A DNA stretch of 64,000 nt from Eukaryota sp. TZLM1-RC (GCA_040285825.1 JAUPSS010000004.1:2708550-2772549); one strand, 5' to 3'; shown: positions 12,850-27,060, counted from the first letter of the stretch. Made by a program: numbers and translations. The notes: generated by a model from the sequence alone, not told the origin.

Positions 12850-15535
12850 CAAAATTTCGTAAATAATTCCGAAGATTTGACTGATGTAGCACCGAGAAAA
12901 CAGTCATCTGAGAAATTAAGTAAAATTTTTGAAGACCAATGCTTTGACAACAAATAATCTAGGGCTTTGTCAGCTTTAGATCCCGGAGTTAAAGCGCCCA
13001 ACAATCAAAAATACTATGGATAAACTAAAAATACTTCATCCTTTGGAAGACCCCATAATGGATCAAAAATTTTACGCAACTTACTGGGAAAATTATCCAT
13101 TGATGCCATCAGAAGTATTTTCGGTGATCAAAAAGAGACCACGCGGTAAGTCTGCCGGACTTTCTGGTATTACTATTGATCATGTAAAAGCCGCAATTAT
13201 TTCTTCAGAGAATATTTTTTTAACAACAATATTTTTTTATTCATTCAACAACGAATATGAAAACTTCAGAAGTTTGTCTTCTTTTATTAACCAAATTTTT
13301 CAACAGAGTATTGTCTGGTCAACTCAAATACCAGAAGAATTAAGAAGTTCTCGTTTGACTGCACTTGTCAAAAATTCAAAAATAAATGTTCGTCCTATTG
13401 CAGTCTCTTAGAGCTTACACTATATTTTTTCTGCGTGTTGCTTAAGCAGGTTCAATGAGAAAGCAAAAAAAATTTTATTACCCTTTCAATATGGAATTAA
13501 TACCATTGATGGAGTTTCTTCAGCGATATTTGCTACAGATGTTAATATTTCGCCAAAATGAATCCAATACTTGTATGTCATTGGATTTTAGTAATGCATT
13601 CAATTCACTCAGTCGTCGCAGTATCCATGGTGCATTATTGCAATATATGCCGGAATTACTGCCGCATTTTCAATCAACATATAGCACAAATTCTAATCTA
13701 CATTTTGATAATTCCATTTTGAGTTCATCAAGTGGTGTAAAGCAAGGAGATCCGTTAGGACCTCTTTTGTTTTGTTTGGCCATTCATCCTATTTTATTGC
13801 AAATTCAAGACATGTTCGCTTCGCTGAAAATGATTGCATATATGCATGATGTTTTTCTTACTGGTGATTTAAATATTGCGAAACAAGCAACTGTATGTTT
13901 TAAAGAATTATTTACCAAAATTGGTCTCTGACTTAATTTACTGAAATATGTTTTGTTTTCGAATTCTCAGTTTCCACAATAGTTGATGGTATTGAAATTC
14001 AGGCCAAATTATATTCAATTGATGATATTCGTCAATTGGGTTCGTTTTTAGGAAATATTGATGATATTACCAACAAATTGTTTGAAAAGTTGAACTCAAT
14101 TTCTGACAAAATTGACCGAATGATGAATTTAGATATACAAAAACACATCAAATTTACCATTATAAGACTGTGTTTTAGTTCCAACTTCAATCATATATTT
14201 CGATATACAAAACCTCTTGTCACTAGGCCTTTGGCTCAGAAGTTTAATGAATTACGTGCAAAAGTTCTGTCACAATTACTGGGATGTAAAATGTTCCAAA
14301 TTCCAGATCATGCTTACCTCAGTCCAGATTATGGCGGTTTAGGGTGGACTAAGGCTTCTATTCTTACCTCGTGTGCTTTTGTTGGTGGATGCAGAAATGC
14401 AATCGTTGAGTTTTCCGAAAGATTTGCAGATTGGGAAGATTTATTGATAACAACGCAAAGTTCCATTGTTTTTGCATTAAATGAAGAAACTTCAAAAATT
14501 GATGTAGAAAAGTGGGGTCGATGCTTTCCCCAATCATATAATGGCAATATTCCAGAAAAGAATGTTTTAAATTTGAAGTACACTCTTCGAACATTACAGA
14601 AATGATTGACTGGAATGTATGAAAATGATCTTTATAATAATATATGCAGCTCGGCTGTTTTAAATCAAGATATCCAGTCATTGTTATTGGAAAAATGTGT
14701 TTGTGAAAATCAGTCATCAGATTCTTCACTTTTTGTAACCATAGTACCACGAAGATTTGGATTGTGTGCCACTAGTGAAGCATTTGTAACACAAATGAGA
14801 TTACATTTGAATATCCCCGTTCATCAATTATTATCGAAAGAAAAATGCATTTGTTTGAATTCATCTCAACTCACTTTGCGCCATGCTCTGAATTGTTCTA
14901 AATTAATAACTTATCGTTTTTCATTACATGATGCTGTTAGAGACACTTTTTTTAATATGTCACAAACTGCAAGAATATCGTGTATCAAAGAGCCTCTGCT
15001 GAAGGAAACACTGTCTCTGAATAATTTTGGTTCTGATGATAGAGGTGATGTATACTGTGATTGGATTGATAATTCTGAAGCTATTGTTGATGTTGTCTCA
15101 TGTAATGTTTCAAATGATACTTTGGTTCACGGAACAAAACTTAATCCTGTGGCTGCTCTGGATTTTAAAGCAAAAGAGAAACATAGAAAACATGATAAAG
15201 ATATTGAAGAGGCTAATGTCAATAGAAAAAAACAGCTGGTTTTTATTGTTTTCCCATTTTCGATGAATTGAAGATTATCAGATGAAGTAGAAACTTTTTT
15301 TGAATGACTTCCAAATAATGGTTCAAGAAAAAAAATGAAAAGATTTGATTTTTTTATGGCGTTCACGGATTCAATTTGCCATTATTAATAGATTACCTCG
15401 GTTTTTCAATCGAATAAGAGAAGCTTTAGCTAGACAGCAAGCAGATCAAGATTTTGTAGAGGAAATCTTGGTTCAATGATAGTCGTCCCATTAGTAATGA
15501 GTTAACTTAAATAAGTGTGCAAATTCAATAAATAC
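12850..15535 (+). mobile_element. Family A retrotransposon, 5'-truncated and degenerate (RT+RLE)
   Basis: RT motifs and RLE in broken frames; carries a small antisense insert at ~13210-13263. Confidence 0.9.
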
Positions 15536-16873
15536 ATTTTACCCAAATAAAGTTCTGTTCAGCATTTTACCAATCGTTGATTAATTTCAGTAAATGCTAT
15601 CCAATGTTGAAGCAAGTAGCAAATATGGATGATTTCTCAATTACTGGTTCTATCAATGTTCGTAAGAACAACTGATCTTGATACTTCATGTGACTTTTCC
15701 TATCCTTTCATCTATTATTTGATAATTGTATTTTATTTTTAATTCTCATTTAATTATTTGAGACTGAATTGTTTGCATCATCGATTGATGTCCATCCCCA
15801 TTTGATTCTAAGACATGTTTTTCATCATCAAATTTTGGTTGTATTAATTTCACTTAATCTGTGCATTCTTTGTCATCCCGCTTTTGTTTTACAAAAACCT
15901 TATTCACTTTTTATCACCACTTCTCGAATATATAAAGTGATGACATGGCAATAACCGTGACGTTGATTTACTGAGTTTTGCAAATAAAAATAATTCAAGA
16001 GATGTAGAAACTACTCTTGATTGGTTGCCTTCTGACATTTAAAGTAAATGGCGCTTCCGTTGTTGTACACAAAAAACTATCCAGAACGGAGAAAAATAAG
16101 GGTATTGTGTTTGAAATTGCAAGAAATGTCAACAATATATTTTTGAAATATGGATTTTAATTTTTGTATCAGCTCAGGCAGAATGATATTCCTGCTTTCG
16201 CAAATTTTCCGCTAGTTGTTGAAAACAGTTTACATTATTTGTTGTGGAGAATGTGTAATGATTAGGTGAAATTTCTTACAACTTATTCTTATAAAAGATG
16301 TATTTTGTGTCTTAAATGTCATTCTACATTTGTTTTACTAACATTTCTCAGTTACTTTAGAAACATTTTAAGTGACTACGTGTATACAGTATAATAAATC
16401 AAATTTCATATTAAAAAAGCTCTACACTGTAAGTACACCTTTGTTTTCATTTCATTTCGAGATTGATTAATTTGCATGTCCTTTTTTCGTATTGTCATGG
16501 TTCCTTTTGCACTATTTCTGATACACTTTATGTCTTGGAGCCTTATTTTATTGTGTCCGAATATGGTTGGACAACCAATGAGAAAAGCAATTATTTATCA
16601 GGCACAAACAGTGAAGATTTTATCCCCTTTGTATAAAATGGTAATTCATTGTCTGGTTGCTTCTTTGAAAAGATGCTTCATTTCATACAATGGTGAATGA
16701 TTTCTAAAAGTTGGCGTAGTTTTTCTAAAATTCGACACAAATTAATCTCCATAGTTATTGAATTTTATTCTCAAATTGGACACAAACTGGTGAGTAAGAC
16801 TGAGCTCTTGATATTTGTTAATAATCACCTCACTGTATCTGTATCCTATTTGTATTTAAATGATTTAACTTAA

Positions 16874-17593
16874 ATGATCATTAATCAATTATCATCAAAA
16901 GAAAATTGTATTTGTTCGAGTTCACCACAACTCACTTTGTGTCATGCTCTGAATTGTTCGAAATTGATAAGTTATCGTTGTTTATTAATTGAAGCTGTTA
17001 GAGACACTGTTTTCAATATGGTACAAACTGCAAGAATATCGTTTATCAAAGAGCCTCTGCTGAAGGAAACACTCTCATAGAATAATTCTGGCTCTGATAA
17101 TAGAGGTGATGTATGTTGTGATGGGATTGAGAACTCTGAAGCTGTTGTTGACCTGGTCTTCTGTAATGTTGAAAACGACACTTTGTTTCACAGAAGAAAA
17201 CTTAATCCTGTAAGTTCTCTAGAATTTAAAGCTAAAGAACAACGTAGAAAATATGACAAAGATATCGGAAAAGCTAATGCTGGTAGAAATACCCAACTAG
17301 TTTTATGGCTTTTCCATTTTCGATAAATGGAAGACTATCAGCAGAAGCAAAAACCTTTTTGAATGACTTTTAAAAAATGGTTCAAGAAAAAACAAAAGAT
17401 TTGATATTTTTTTATGAAGCTCTCAGATTCATTTTGCAATTATTAATAGATTACCTTGGTTTTTCAATCAAATAAGAGAAGTTTTTCCTGGACAGCAAGC
17501 AGTTCAAGATTATGTAAAGCAAATGTTGGTTCAATGATATTCGTCCCATCAGTTATGAATTATTTAAATTAGGTGTGCATTTTCAATAAATAA
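16874..17593 (+). mobile_element. Older, diverged family A 3' fragment (array copy)
   Basis: Near-identical to 8610-9330. Confidence 0.85.
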
Positions 17594-18008
17594 ATGGTTA
17601 TCGTTTCAAGCTTTCAGCAAATTAATTTTGTTATTGTTCGAGATTAACGGTAGTTTTTAGAAAAATAATTTTCGTAAACCATAATTTTTTATGAGAAACT
17701 GAAGTGAACAATAAAAAGTAACATTGAAAAAGTTCAACTATCGTCACTCTTTCAGTCAGGGGCAACATCTTTGCAAACTGAAGAACCATGAACAGACCTC
17801 TTTTGCATAGTATTAGGATGATGTTGTCAGAAGGTAATGGGAGGGTTGTATAAATTTGTTGTATCGGATTTACTCACTTCAATTTAACTGCAATAGAGTT
17901 GTGTACTTAAAGATTGAAAGTAACAGTAAAGAGAAAGGACATTAGTAAAGAAAAGAACTCCTTGCATAATTTTGTCAAATATTGTTAAATTATGAAGCTT
18001 CAAATGTG

Positions 18009-18127
18009 GCGGCTGTGGTCTAGTGGGAAGACAGGATGCTTTAACTTTCATTTACAATGATTAATTTCGGAAGTCAGTTCCACCCCAATTAAACATCAAC
18101 ACCCGGGTTCGATTCCCGGCGGCCGCT
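18009..18127 (+). tRNA. Second copy of the intron-containing UUA-anticodon tRNA
   Basis: Same cloverleaf, anticodon TTA at 18041-18043. Differs from the first copy by one D-loop base and two intron bases; T6 terminator present. Confidence 0.85.
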
Positions 18128-18714
18128 TTTTTCGATTCAGAACTGCAATGCAAAGAACACATCAATCAATGGCATGACAAGTGTGTGTTCAACAAACGTC
18201 AGTATGTTTCAGACTAAATAGTCAGAATACACCAAATGAATGTTCCTGACAGAAACCAAATATTGACTCCATTCATTCCAAATTAAGAGCCCAAAGCTGG
18301 AGTATAAATGGCATCAAAGGAGATCAGTAGAATAAATGTGTATGAAATTGGTTTCAGAAATGCATTTTGAGTGAAATCAAGATCCTATTCACATACCAAA
18401 TTCCGTTGGACAGAAGGAAGTGAGGTCATGGAAATTTAATCACAAGTTTCCTTTTTGTTCCTTTTGCTCTCCCCGATTTTTGGCCAGACTGGTTTAAATT
18501 TTTTCAATAATTTTGATATTCTTTGCCGTTGAAATGGTGAGAAATTTGCGGATAATTTATGGACGAATTGTGTCATTTTTGCTTTGTACAGAAGTGTTCC
18601 CAGGTGATTAAATTTAATTATGTCCAAGCTTCGCAAGGATTCTTCAAGAGTTGATGCAGAGAATTCTGTTTCTTTTGTAATTTAATTTGTTTTGTTTTGT
18701 TTAGTAATTACGTA

Positions 18715-20032
18715 GTCACTAGACCTTTGGCTCAGAAGTTTAATGAGTTACGTGCAAAAGTTCTGTCTCAATTACTGGGATGTAAAATGTTTCAAATTCC
18801 AGATCATGCTTACCTTAGTCCACATTATGGCGGTTTAGGGTGGACGAAGGCTTCTATTCTTATCTCGTGTGCTTTTGTTGGTTGATGTAGAAATGCAATC
18901 TTTGAGTTTTCCGAAAGATTTGCAGATTGGGAAGATTTATTGATGACAACGCAAAGTTCCACTGTTTTTGCATTAAATGAAGAAATTTCAAAAATTGATG
19001 TAGAAAAATAGGGTCGATGTTTTCCCCAATCATTCAATGGCAATATTCCAGAAAAAAATGTTTTAAATTTGAAGTACACTCTTCGAACATTACAGAAACG
19101 ATTGACTGGAATGTATGAAAATGATCTTTATAATAATATATGCAGGTCGGCTGTTTTAAATCAAGATCTTCACTCATTGTTATTGGAAAAGGGTGTTTGT
19201 GAAAACAAGTCGTCAGATTCTTCGCTTTTTGTAACCATTGTACCACGAAGATTTGGATTGTGTGCCACTAATGAAGCATTTGTAACAAAAATGAGATTAT
19301 ATTTGAACATCCCCATTAACCAATTATTATCAAAAGAAAAATGTATTTGTTCGAATTCACCTCAACTCATTTTGCGCCATGCTCTGAATTGCTCTAAATT
19401 GATAACTTGTCGTTCTTCATTACATGATGCTGTTAGAGACACTGTTTTCAATATGGCACAAACTGCAAGGATATCGTGTATCAAAGAGCCCCTGCTGAAG
19501 GAAACATTTCTCTGAATAATTTTGGTTCTGATGATAGAGGTGATATATACTGTGTTTTGATTGATAATTCTGAAGCTATTGTTGACTTTGTCTCATGTAA
19601 TGTTGCAAATAATACTTTGGTTCACAGAAGAAAACTTAATCCTGTGGCTGCTCTGGACTTTAAAGCAAAAGAGAAACATAGAAAATATGATAAAGATATT
19701 GAAGAGGCAAATGTCGATGGAAAATACACAGCTGGTTTTTATTGCTTTCCCATTTTCGATAAACGGAAGATTATCAAATGAAGCAGAAACTTTTTTGGTT
19801 GACTTCCAAATAATGTTTCAAGAAAAAACAATGAAAAGATTTGATATTTTTTTATGGCGTTCACGGATTCAATTTGCCATTATTAATAGATTACCGCGGT
19901 TATTCAATCGAATAAGAGAAGCTCTAGCTAGACAGCAAGCAGATCAAGATTTTGTAGAGGAAATCTTTGTTCAATGATAGTCGTCCCATTAGTATTGAGT
20001 CAATTTAATTAAGTGTGCAAATTCAATAAATA
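18715..20032 (+). mobile_element. Family A retrotransposon, 3' half (array copy)
   Basis: Near-identical to 10451-11768. Confidence 0.9.
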
Positions 20033-21111
20033 TATTATTTTGTATAATTAGAAATTATAGTTTTGTTTAATTTTGTTATTTGAAACGACATCGAAAGCTG
20101 GCGGCAAATTGTTGAATAGGAAGTTATGGAACTTTGAGTTATTTGATATTTCACTGGTTTGTTAGCACAAGCTAAACGTTACCTTCTCATTCTGGAAGTA
20201 CATCACGTCATCCATAGTTTATGTTGTATTGGTGTTTGATTTTCTCTGATTTCCTTCATTCCGTACATACACTTTTTGTTTTATTGTTTATATTCAGATC
20301 ACGAAAAGCAACAAGTTTCTGAATAAAAAGTAAGAGAACAAATTCTAGCAATGAAAAAGATCCTACAGTTTTTGTTTTTGTTTTCAGTGGTTCAAAACTG
20401 ATAATGAATAAGGAGAGACATCTGTACTTTGCAATAAATCAATATTGTATTATGATATAGTAATGTATTTTGATTGAATTCCAAATTTATGATTCCTGAT
20501 TGTAGATATGTACTGATTGTGACTGATTCTTGACCAATCTGGATTCAAATATGTGTGCAAATTGCAACCAGAAATTATTTTACAACCTGTCTTTTATATA
20601 ATAAATGATTAAAATTGATCAAAATAACAACATTATTTCCATTGCTTAACCAAATTGAAAAAGTCAATTACAAAAGAGCTGTTCTTCACCATCTTTTGCA
20701 AAAGTGGATAAAAATTAGCCAAATTGTTTTACTAAAGGTTGCAAAATGTCACAAAACTATCACCCAGTTTATTTCAATAATTATATGATTGCCAACCACC
20801 TGCGAACATTTAATAGCTAAAAGTCAAAAACAACCCATTACGATGAATCAACTAACAGAATCATCTCTTGGTATTTTCTTATTTTTCGCATTGACCCACT
20901 GAACCAATTTCATCCTCCTTGGCAAAAAACCGTTATTTCAGACAAATTGAAATTAATATTGAATATTCAAAAAACAATGTTAAGCATCAAACAAATTGTT
21001 GAATTTGTTCTTGCTTGAAAAAGCTTCAGTATTTTATGTTTTCATATTGCTTGTTTTTCATTATTAATATTAATTTTGAGAATTTTTTGGTTCCATTTGT
21101 CCTCCTTTTTA

Positions 21112-23800
21112 ACAAAATTTCGTAAATAATTCCGAAGATTTGACTGATATAGCACCGAGAAAACAGTCATCTGAGAAATTAAGTAAAATTTTTGAAGACC
21201 AATGCTTTGACAACAAATAATCTAGGGCTTTGTCAGCTTTAGATCCCGGAGTTAAAGCGCCCAACAATCAAAATACTATGGATAAACTAAAAATACTTCA
21301 TCCTTTGGAAGACCCCATAATGGATCAAAAATTTTACGCAACTTACTGGGAAAATTATCCATTGATGCCATCAGAAGTATTTTCGGTGATCAAAAAGAGA
21401 CCACGCGGTAAGTCTGCCGGACTTTCTGGTATTACTATTGATCATGTAAAAGCCGCAATTATTTCTTCAGAGAATATTTTTTTAACAACAATATTTTTTT
21501 ATTCATTCAACAACGAATATGAAAACTTCAGAAGTTTGTCTTCTTTTATTAACCAAATTTTTCAACAGAGTATTGTCTGGTCAACTCAAATACCAGAAGA
21601 ATTAAGAAGTTCTCGTTTGACTGCACTTGTCAAAAATTCAAAAATAAATGTTCGTCCTATTGCAGTCTCTTAGAGCTTACACTATATTTTTTCTGCGTGT
21701 TGCTTAAGCAGGTTCAATGAGAAAGCAAAAAAAATTTTATTACCCTTTCAATATGGAATTAATACCATTGATGGAGTTTCTTCAGCGATATTTGCTACAG
21801 ATGTTGATATTTCGCCAAAATGAATCCAATACTTGTATGTCATTGGATTTTAGTAATGCATTCAATTCACTCAGTCGTCGCAGTATCCATGGTGCATTAT
21901 TGCAATATATGCCGGAATTACTGCCGCATTTTCAATCAACATATATCACAAATTCTAATCTACATTTTGATAATTCCATTTTGAGTTCATCAAGTGGTGT
22001 AAAGCAAGGAGATCCGTTAGGACCTCTTTTGTTTTGTTTGGCCATTCATCCTATTTTATTGCAAATTCAAGACATGTTCGCTTCGCTGAAAATGATTGCA
22101 TATATGCATGATGTTTTTCTTACTGGTGATTTAAATATTGCGAAACAAGCAACTGTATGTTTTAAAGAATTATTTACCAAAATTGGTCTCTGACTTAATT
22201 TACTGAAATATGTTTTGTTTTCGAATTCTCAGTTTCCACAATAGTTGATGGTATTGAAATTCAGGCCAAATAATATTCAATTGATGATATTCGTCAATTG
22301 GGTTCGTTTTTGGGAAATAATGATGATATTACCAACAAATTGTTTGAAAAGTTGAACTCAATTTCTGACACAATTGACCGAATGATGAATTTAGATATAC
22401 AAAAACACATCAAATTTGCCATTATAAGACTGTGTTTTAGTTCCAACTTCAATCATATATTTCGATATACAAAACCTCTTGTCACTAGGCCTTTGGCTCA
22501 GAAGTTTAATGAATTACGTGCAAAAGTTCTGTCACAATTACTGGGATGTAAAATGTTCCAAATTCCAGATCATGCTTACATCAGTCCAGATCATGGCGGT
22601 TTAGGGTGGTCTAAGGCTTCTATTCTTACCTCGTGTGCTTTTGTTGGTGGATGCAGAAATGCAATCGTTGAGTTTTCCGAAAGATTTGCAGATTGGGAAG
22701 ATTTATTGATAACAACGCAAAGTTCCATTGTTTTTGCATTAAATGAAGAAACTTCAACAATTGATGTAGAAAAGTGGGGTCGATGCTTTCCCCAATCATA
22801 TAATGGCAATATTCCAGAAAAGAATGTTTTAAATTTGAAGTACACTCTTCGAACATTACAGAAATGATTGACTGGAATGTATGAAAATGATCTTTATAAT
22901 AAAATATGCAGCTCGGCTGTTTTAAATCAAGATATTCAGTCATTGTTATTGGAAAAATGTGTTTGTGAAAATCAGTCATCAGATTCTTCACTTTTTGTAA
23001 CCATAGTACCACGAAGATTTGGATTGTGTGCCACTAATGAAGCATTTGTAACACAAATGAGATTACATTTGAATATCCCCGTTCATCAATTATTATCAAA
23101 AGAAAAATGTATTTGTTCGAATTCACCTCAACTCACTGTGCGCCATGCTCTGAATTGTTCTAAATTGATAACTTATCGTTCTTCATTACATGATGCTGTT
23201 AGAGACACTTTTTTTTAATATGTCACAAACTGCAAGAATATCGTGTATCAAAGAGCCTCTGCTGAAGGAAACACTGTCTCTGAATAATTTTGGTTCTGAT
23301 GATAGAGGTGATGTATACTGTGATTGGATTGATAAGTCTGAAGCTATTGTTGACTTTGTCTCATGTAATGTTTCAATTGATACTTTGGTTCACAGAAGAA
23401 AACTTAATCCTGTGGCTGCTCTGGATTTTAAAGCAAAAGAAAAACATAGAAAATATGATAAAGAAATTGAAGATGCAAATATCGATAGAAAAACACAGCT
23501 GGTTTTTATTGCTTTTCCATTTTCGATAAATGGAAGATTATCAGTTGAAGCAGAAACTTTTTTGGATGACTTCCAAAAAATGGTGAAAGAAAAAACAATG
23601 AAAAGATTTGATATTTTTTTATGGCGTTCACGGATTCAATTTGCCATTATTAATAGATTACCGCGGTTTTTCAATCGAATTAGAGAAGCTTTAGCTAGAC
23701 AGCAAGCAAATCAAGATTTTGTAGAGGAAATCTTGGTTCAATGATAGTCGTCCCATTAGTTATGAGTTAATTTAATTAAGTGTGCATGTTCAATAAATAT
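21112..23800 (+). mobile_element. Family A retrotransposon, 5'-truncated (array copy)
   Basis: RT and RLE motifs; ends in the 3' UTR CAATAAAT. Confidence 0.9.
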
Positions 23801-23885
23801 TTTAATGATTGTTGCAATTATTAAATGATGATGAAATAGGCAATCCTGTTTCCAAGGTGACCACTCCTATTGAACATCCTTTTCC

Positions 23886-25964
23886 ATGCGCAATGCCCTG
23901 AAATATGCTACCCAGGCATGGGAACAGGGCCGTATCAGCGCTTTAGACTTCTTGATGGTCTCTAACATACTTTCTGGTCGCTCTGCTGATGATATCAGTC
24001 AATACCCTATTTTTCCATGGATATTCAGTGATTACTCCGCTCCTACAATTTCCACTACTCCTACCTCTACCCAGTTTAGAGATCTATGCAAGCCTATGGG
24101 CGCACAAAGTCCTCAACGTGCCTCATATGTTAAAGAACGCTACGAAAGCCTCTTATCTACAGACACACCCCCTTTCCACTGGGGCTCTCTCTACTCCAAC
24201 CCTGGCATCGTCGTCAACTGGCTTTTGAGAATTGAACCCTTTGCTTCTGCACTGGTTCATCTTCAATCCGGCTACTTTGATAATCCAGATAGACTCACTC
24301 ATTCCATCTCTGGAGCATGGAGAACCTCTGCATTAGGGGGACCTAGCGATGTTAAGGAACTTGTACCAGAAGTCTTTTGTTTTCCTGAATTTTCTCGTAA
24401 TTCTGGACTTTTCCTGGGCAAACGTCATGATTCTGAGCTAGTTGACGATCTCGTTCTTCCACCTTGGTCCTCTAACCCTAACCCTAACCTTTCTCCACTC
24501 AGATTCTGTAACATCCATCGCAAAGCCCTTGAACTCTCCACCAATCTAACCAGCTGGATTGATTTGATCTTTGGGAAGCACCAGCAAGGAGAAGGGGCCG
24601 TGGAGAGACTTAATTGCTTTTATTACCTTGCCTATTCTTCTTCCATTGAAGAAGTTCATAAGTTGACTGACCCCCATGCGAGATCAGCAGCTCGACACCA
24701 GGTTCACTGTTTTGGATCGATACCTCGTTGTCTGTGGCCAGGCGGGTTTCACCATTTACATTTGAAACTTGTTCCAAGAAATCTTTGCCCTTGGTATGTT
24801 GGCAAATTTTTAAAATTTTTGCAAATTTCGGAGTTGAGCTCACCGCTGAGCTCTCTTGGAAAAGAGGGTGAAAAATTCAATATTGACCTGTTTGGTGATA
24901 GTCCGACTCTGATAAAGGGATCAGCATTTGCAACTCGAAAGTTTTACTGGTCGTGGTCAAATTTTGGAGGTTTTGGTCAAGTTGCCCTAATACCCAGACA
25001 AAATAGTTCACTTTCTCTCTCCCAATCATCGTCACATCCCAAAATTTTAACCCTCCCGTCGCGCATCACGTCATGTACTGCTGATGAGCTCTTCCTGGGG
25101 GTCGGCACAGAAAGCGGTCAATCGTTTCTATTGACTTCAAACGACTTTACCCCTACTATCCTGACCACTTATTCCACACTCCACAAAAGCAGTATAATTT
25201 CCATGTCGATTCACCACCGTGATAATCTTCTCGCCACCCTTGATACTCGAGGTTGTTTCGCTGTCTGGGAACTCAGCGATGGAGTTGTTTTAACCAATGG
25301 AAATTTGAAGGGAGCAAAGTTTGTGGAGTTTGTCCTTGTGGAAGGAAGTATTTCTTTAGCTCTAGTATCACGTCATGCGATCACGATAGTGTCCCCTTTC
25401 AAGGGTTTGAATGAAGTTAGAATCACCACACCCCAAGATTCAGTCTTAGCCTCAATATCATGTTGTACACGGCCTCTCAGAAGGCTCTCCCGCTTGAGTA
25501 AACTTGGAAGCTCCAATGGATGTGTCGTTTTACTTACAGGACATTTAGATGGATTTGTGAGGTTTTGGACGGCTGATTCTGATGGTAAAATACGATTATT
25601 GGCAAAGTTCACCACCTTTGATGTTACAAAACCTGTCGTATCGATATTTGCTGATGTAAATAGTGTTATTGCTTGTAGTTCAGCTCATGTCAATTCTTGG
25701 ACAATACCGTCAAATGAATTCAAAAGAAGTCTTGTCGAAGAGGTCAAAAATGTGAGCTGTTCTGTTTGTGATAAAAAATTTGGGTTGATTAGTAACTTTA
25801 GTACTTCTAAATGTGAGTATTGCCAAGAAAATGTTTGTAGCAGTTGTTTAGATTTCTTTGAACTTATTTGGAGAGGTTCACCTGAAGGAAAAGAAGGAAA
25901 GTACAAGCTCAAAATTTGTTTCAAATGTGCTTATGATCTCTATTCAAAATTGTTAAGTTTTTAA
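23886..25964 (+). CDS. BEACH-WD40-FYVE-like protein (possibly N-terminally truncated)
   Basis: BEACH motifs SGRSADDISQYPIFPWIFSDY, FRDLCKPMGAQ, HWGSLYS, DVKELVPE, WIDLIFG; WD40-like repeats; C-terminal CxxC..CxxC..CxxC..CxxC FYVE-like finger. Confidence 0.9.
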   Translation: MRNALKYATQAWEQGRISALDFLMVSNILSGRSADDISQYPIFPWIFSDYSAPTISTTPTSTQFRDLCKPMGAQSPQRASYVKERYESLLSTDTPPFHWGSLYSNPGIVVNWLLRIEPFASALVHLQSGYFDNPDRLTHSISGAWRTSALGGPSDVKELVPEVFCFPEFSRNSGLFLGKRHDSELVDDLVLPPWSSNPNPNLSPLRFCNIHRKALELSTNLTSWIDLIFGKHQQGEGAVERLNCFYYLAYSSSIEEVHKLTDPHARSAARHQVHCFGSIPRCLWPGGFHHLHLKLVPRNLCPWYVGKFLKFLQISELSSPLSSLGKEGEKFNIDLFGDSPTLIKGSAFATRKFYWSWSNFGGFGQVALIPRQNSSLSLSQSSSHPKILTLPSRITSCTADELFLGVGTESGQSFLLTSNDFTPTILTTYSTLHKSSIISMSIHHRDNLLATLDTRGCFAVWELSDGVVLTNGNLKGAKFVEFVLVEGSISLALVSRHAITIVSPFKGLNEVRITTPQDSVLASISCCTRPLRRLSRLSKLGSSNGCVVLLTGHLDGFVRFWTADSDGKIRLLAKFTTFDVTKPVVSIFADVNSVIACSSAHVNSWTIPSNEFKRSLVEEVKNVSCSVCDKKFGLISNFSTSKCEYCQENVCSSCLDFFELIWRGSPEGKEGKYKLKICFKCAYDLYSKLLSF

Positions 25965-26199
25965 TTTCCTACTTTTTGATTTTAAAATTTTAAAAAAAAT
26001 TTGTGGGAAATTTAGTGGAAATTTTTTCTTTATTTGGTTTTTTTATTATCTGATATTACTCAGCGTTTTGTTTCATTTTTGGTATTTCATTTTTTTCTGG
26101 TTTTTTTGTGTCTGTGTTTGTAAATATTAGTTTTTCATTTTCATTTTTTTCATTGAGGAACATTTGTATTGAAGGTGTAACTGACTGTGGAAAAGAATG

Positions 26200-27060
26200 G
26201 TTTTATTTAATTCGTTATCAGAAATTAAAACAAAACAACTGGCCAAGAAACCAACATTAGTTTAAGATGTTTTAAAAACTTCACAATTGGTTCGGATCAC
26301 AATTGGTTCGTAACTGCATTATTAGTGCTTTTCACAATCATTTGAAAATCATCCAAAAAACGTATAGCCTTGGGAGCAAGTGAACCAAAAAGGGAAAATA
26401 CAAATGGATACAAATTGTATTTTGCATGCTGTTGACTAAACAATTTGGACAAAGGTTCATTGTATATTTTGATTTGGAATTTTCAGCATTTGAAAGGGAA
26501 TTATGAATTTCAGAATGATCAAGCCTTTCATTTGAGACATTACAATGATCAACAGACATTACATCCAATAAAATGGAAGTTCCATCTAATCCAGGTAATA
26601 TGACATCACCTCTATTATTCTTATGAAAATCATCTTCAGTATCAAACAGACTTGACAACAGCCAATGCAAACAACAATCATTCAATTCTATAAGACTTAC
26701 ACATACAATATAATTGGTCATCGTGAAGCTTGCTTATAAAAGTAATAAAATGTTTACAATTCAACAATGGAGTAATTGAAATTTTTCGAGAACAATTACA
26801 AATTGAATTATTAAGCAAATTATCAGGCCAGATAAACGGACAAAGTGTCATTTAACAAATGAGTAGTTGTAATTTCTCGAGAACATTTACAAATTAAATT
26901 ATGAGGTAAATTATCAGGCCAGATAAAAGAACGAAATCTCATATTCAAAGTCCAAGCAGAATCAGTTAAGAGTGTGCCATAAACTTGGGGAATTGTTGTT
27001 ACTAAAACAGAAGAAGTACTGTCACACATATCTTGCAAAAGATTTGCACAAACGGCACCT
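26200..27060 (-). mobile_element. Degenerate RLE retrotransposon fragments (family related to C)
   Basis: TTIPQVYG, CKC..HLLN knuckle, and RGDVILPGLDGTSILLDVMSVD. Confidence 0.75.

Larger units (their letters stand above)
3191..23800 (+). repeat. Tandem array, about 2.5 units of ~8.26 kb
   Basis: Equivalent points recur at 4071/11711/19975, 5330/12970/21233 and 9745/18009. The periods are 7640 (first unit has a ~0.62-kb deletion near 7193) and 8264. Confidence 0.95.

Noticed and set aside
24470-24490. CCCTAA telomere-like repeats
   Set aside because: Only 2-3 units, and they lie in frame in the BEACH gene (coding NPNPN).
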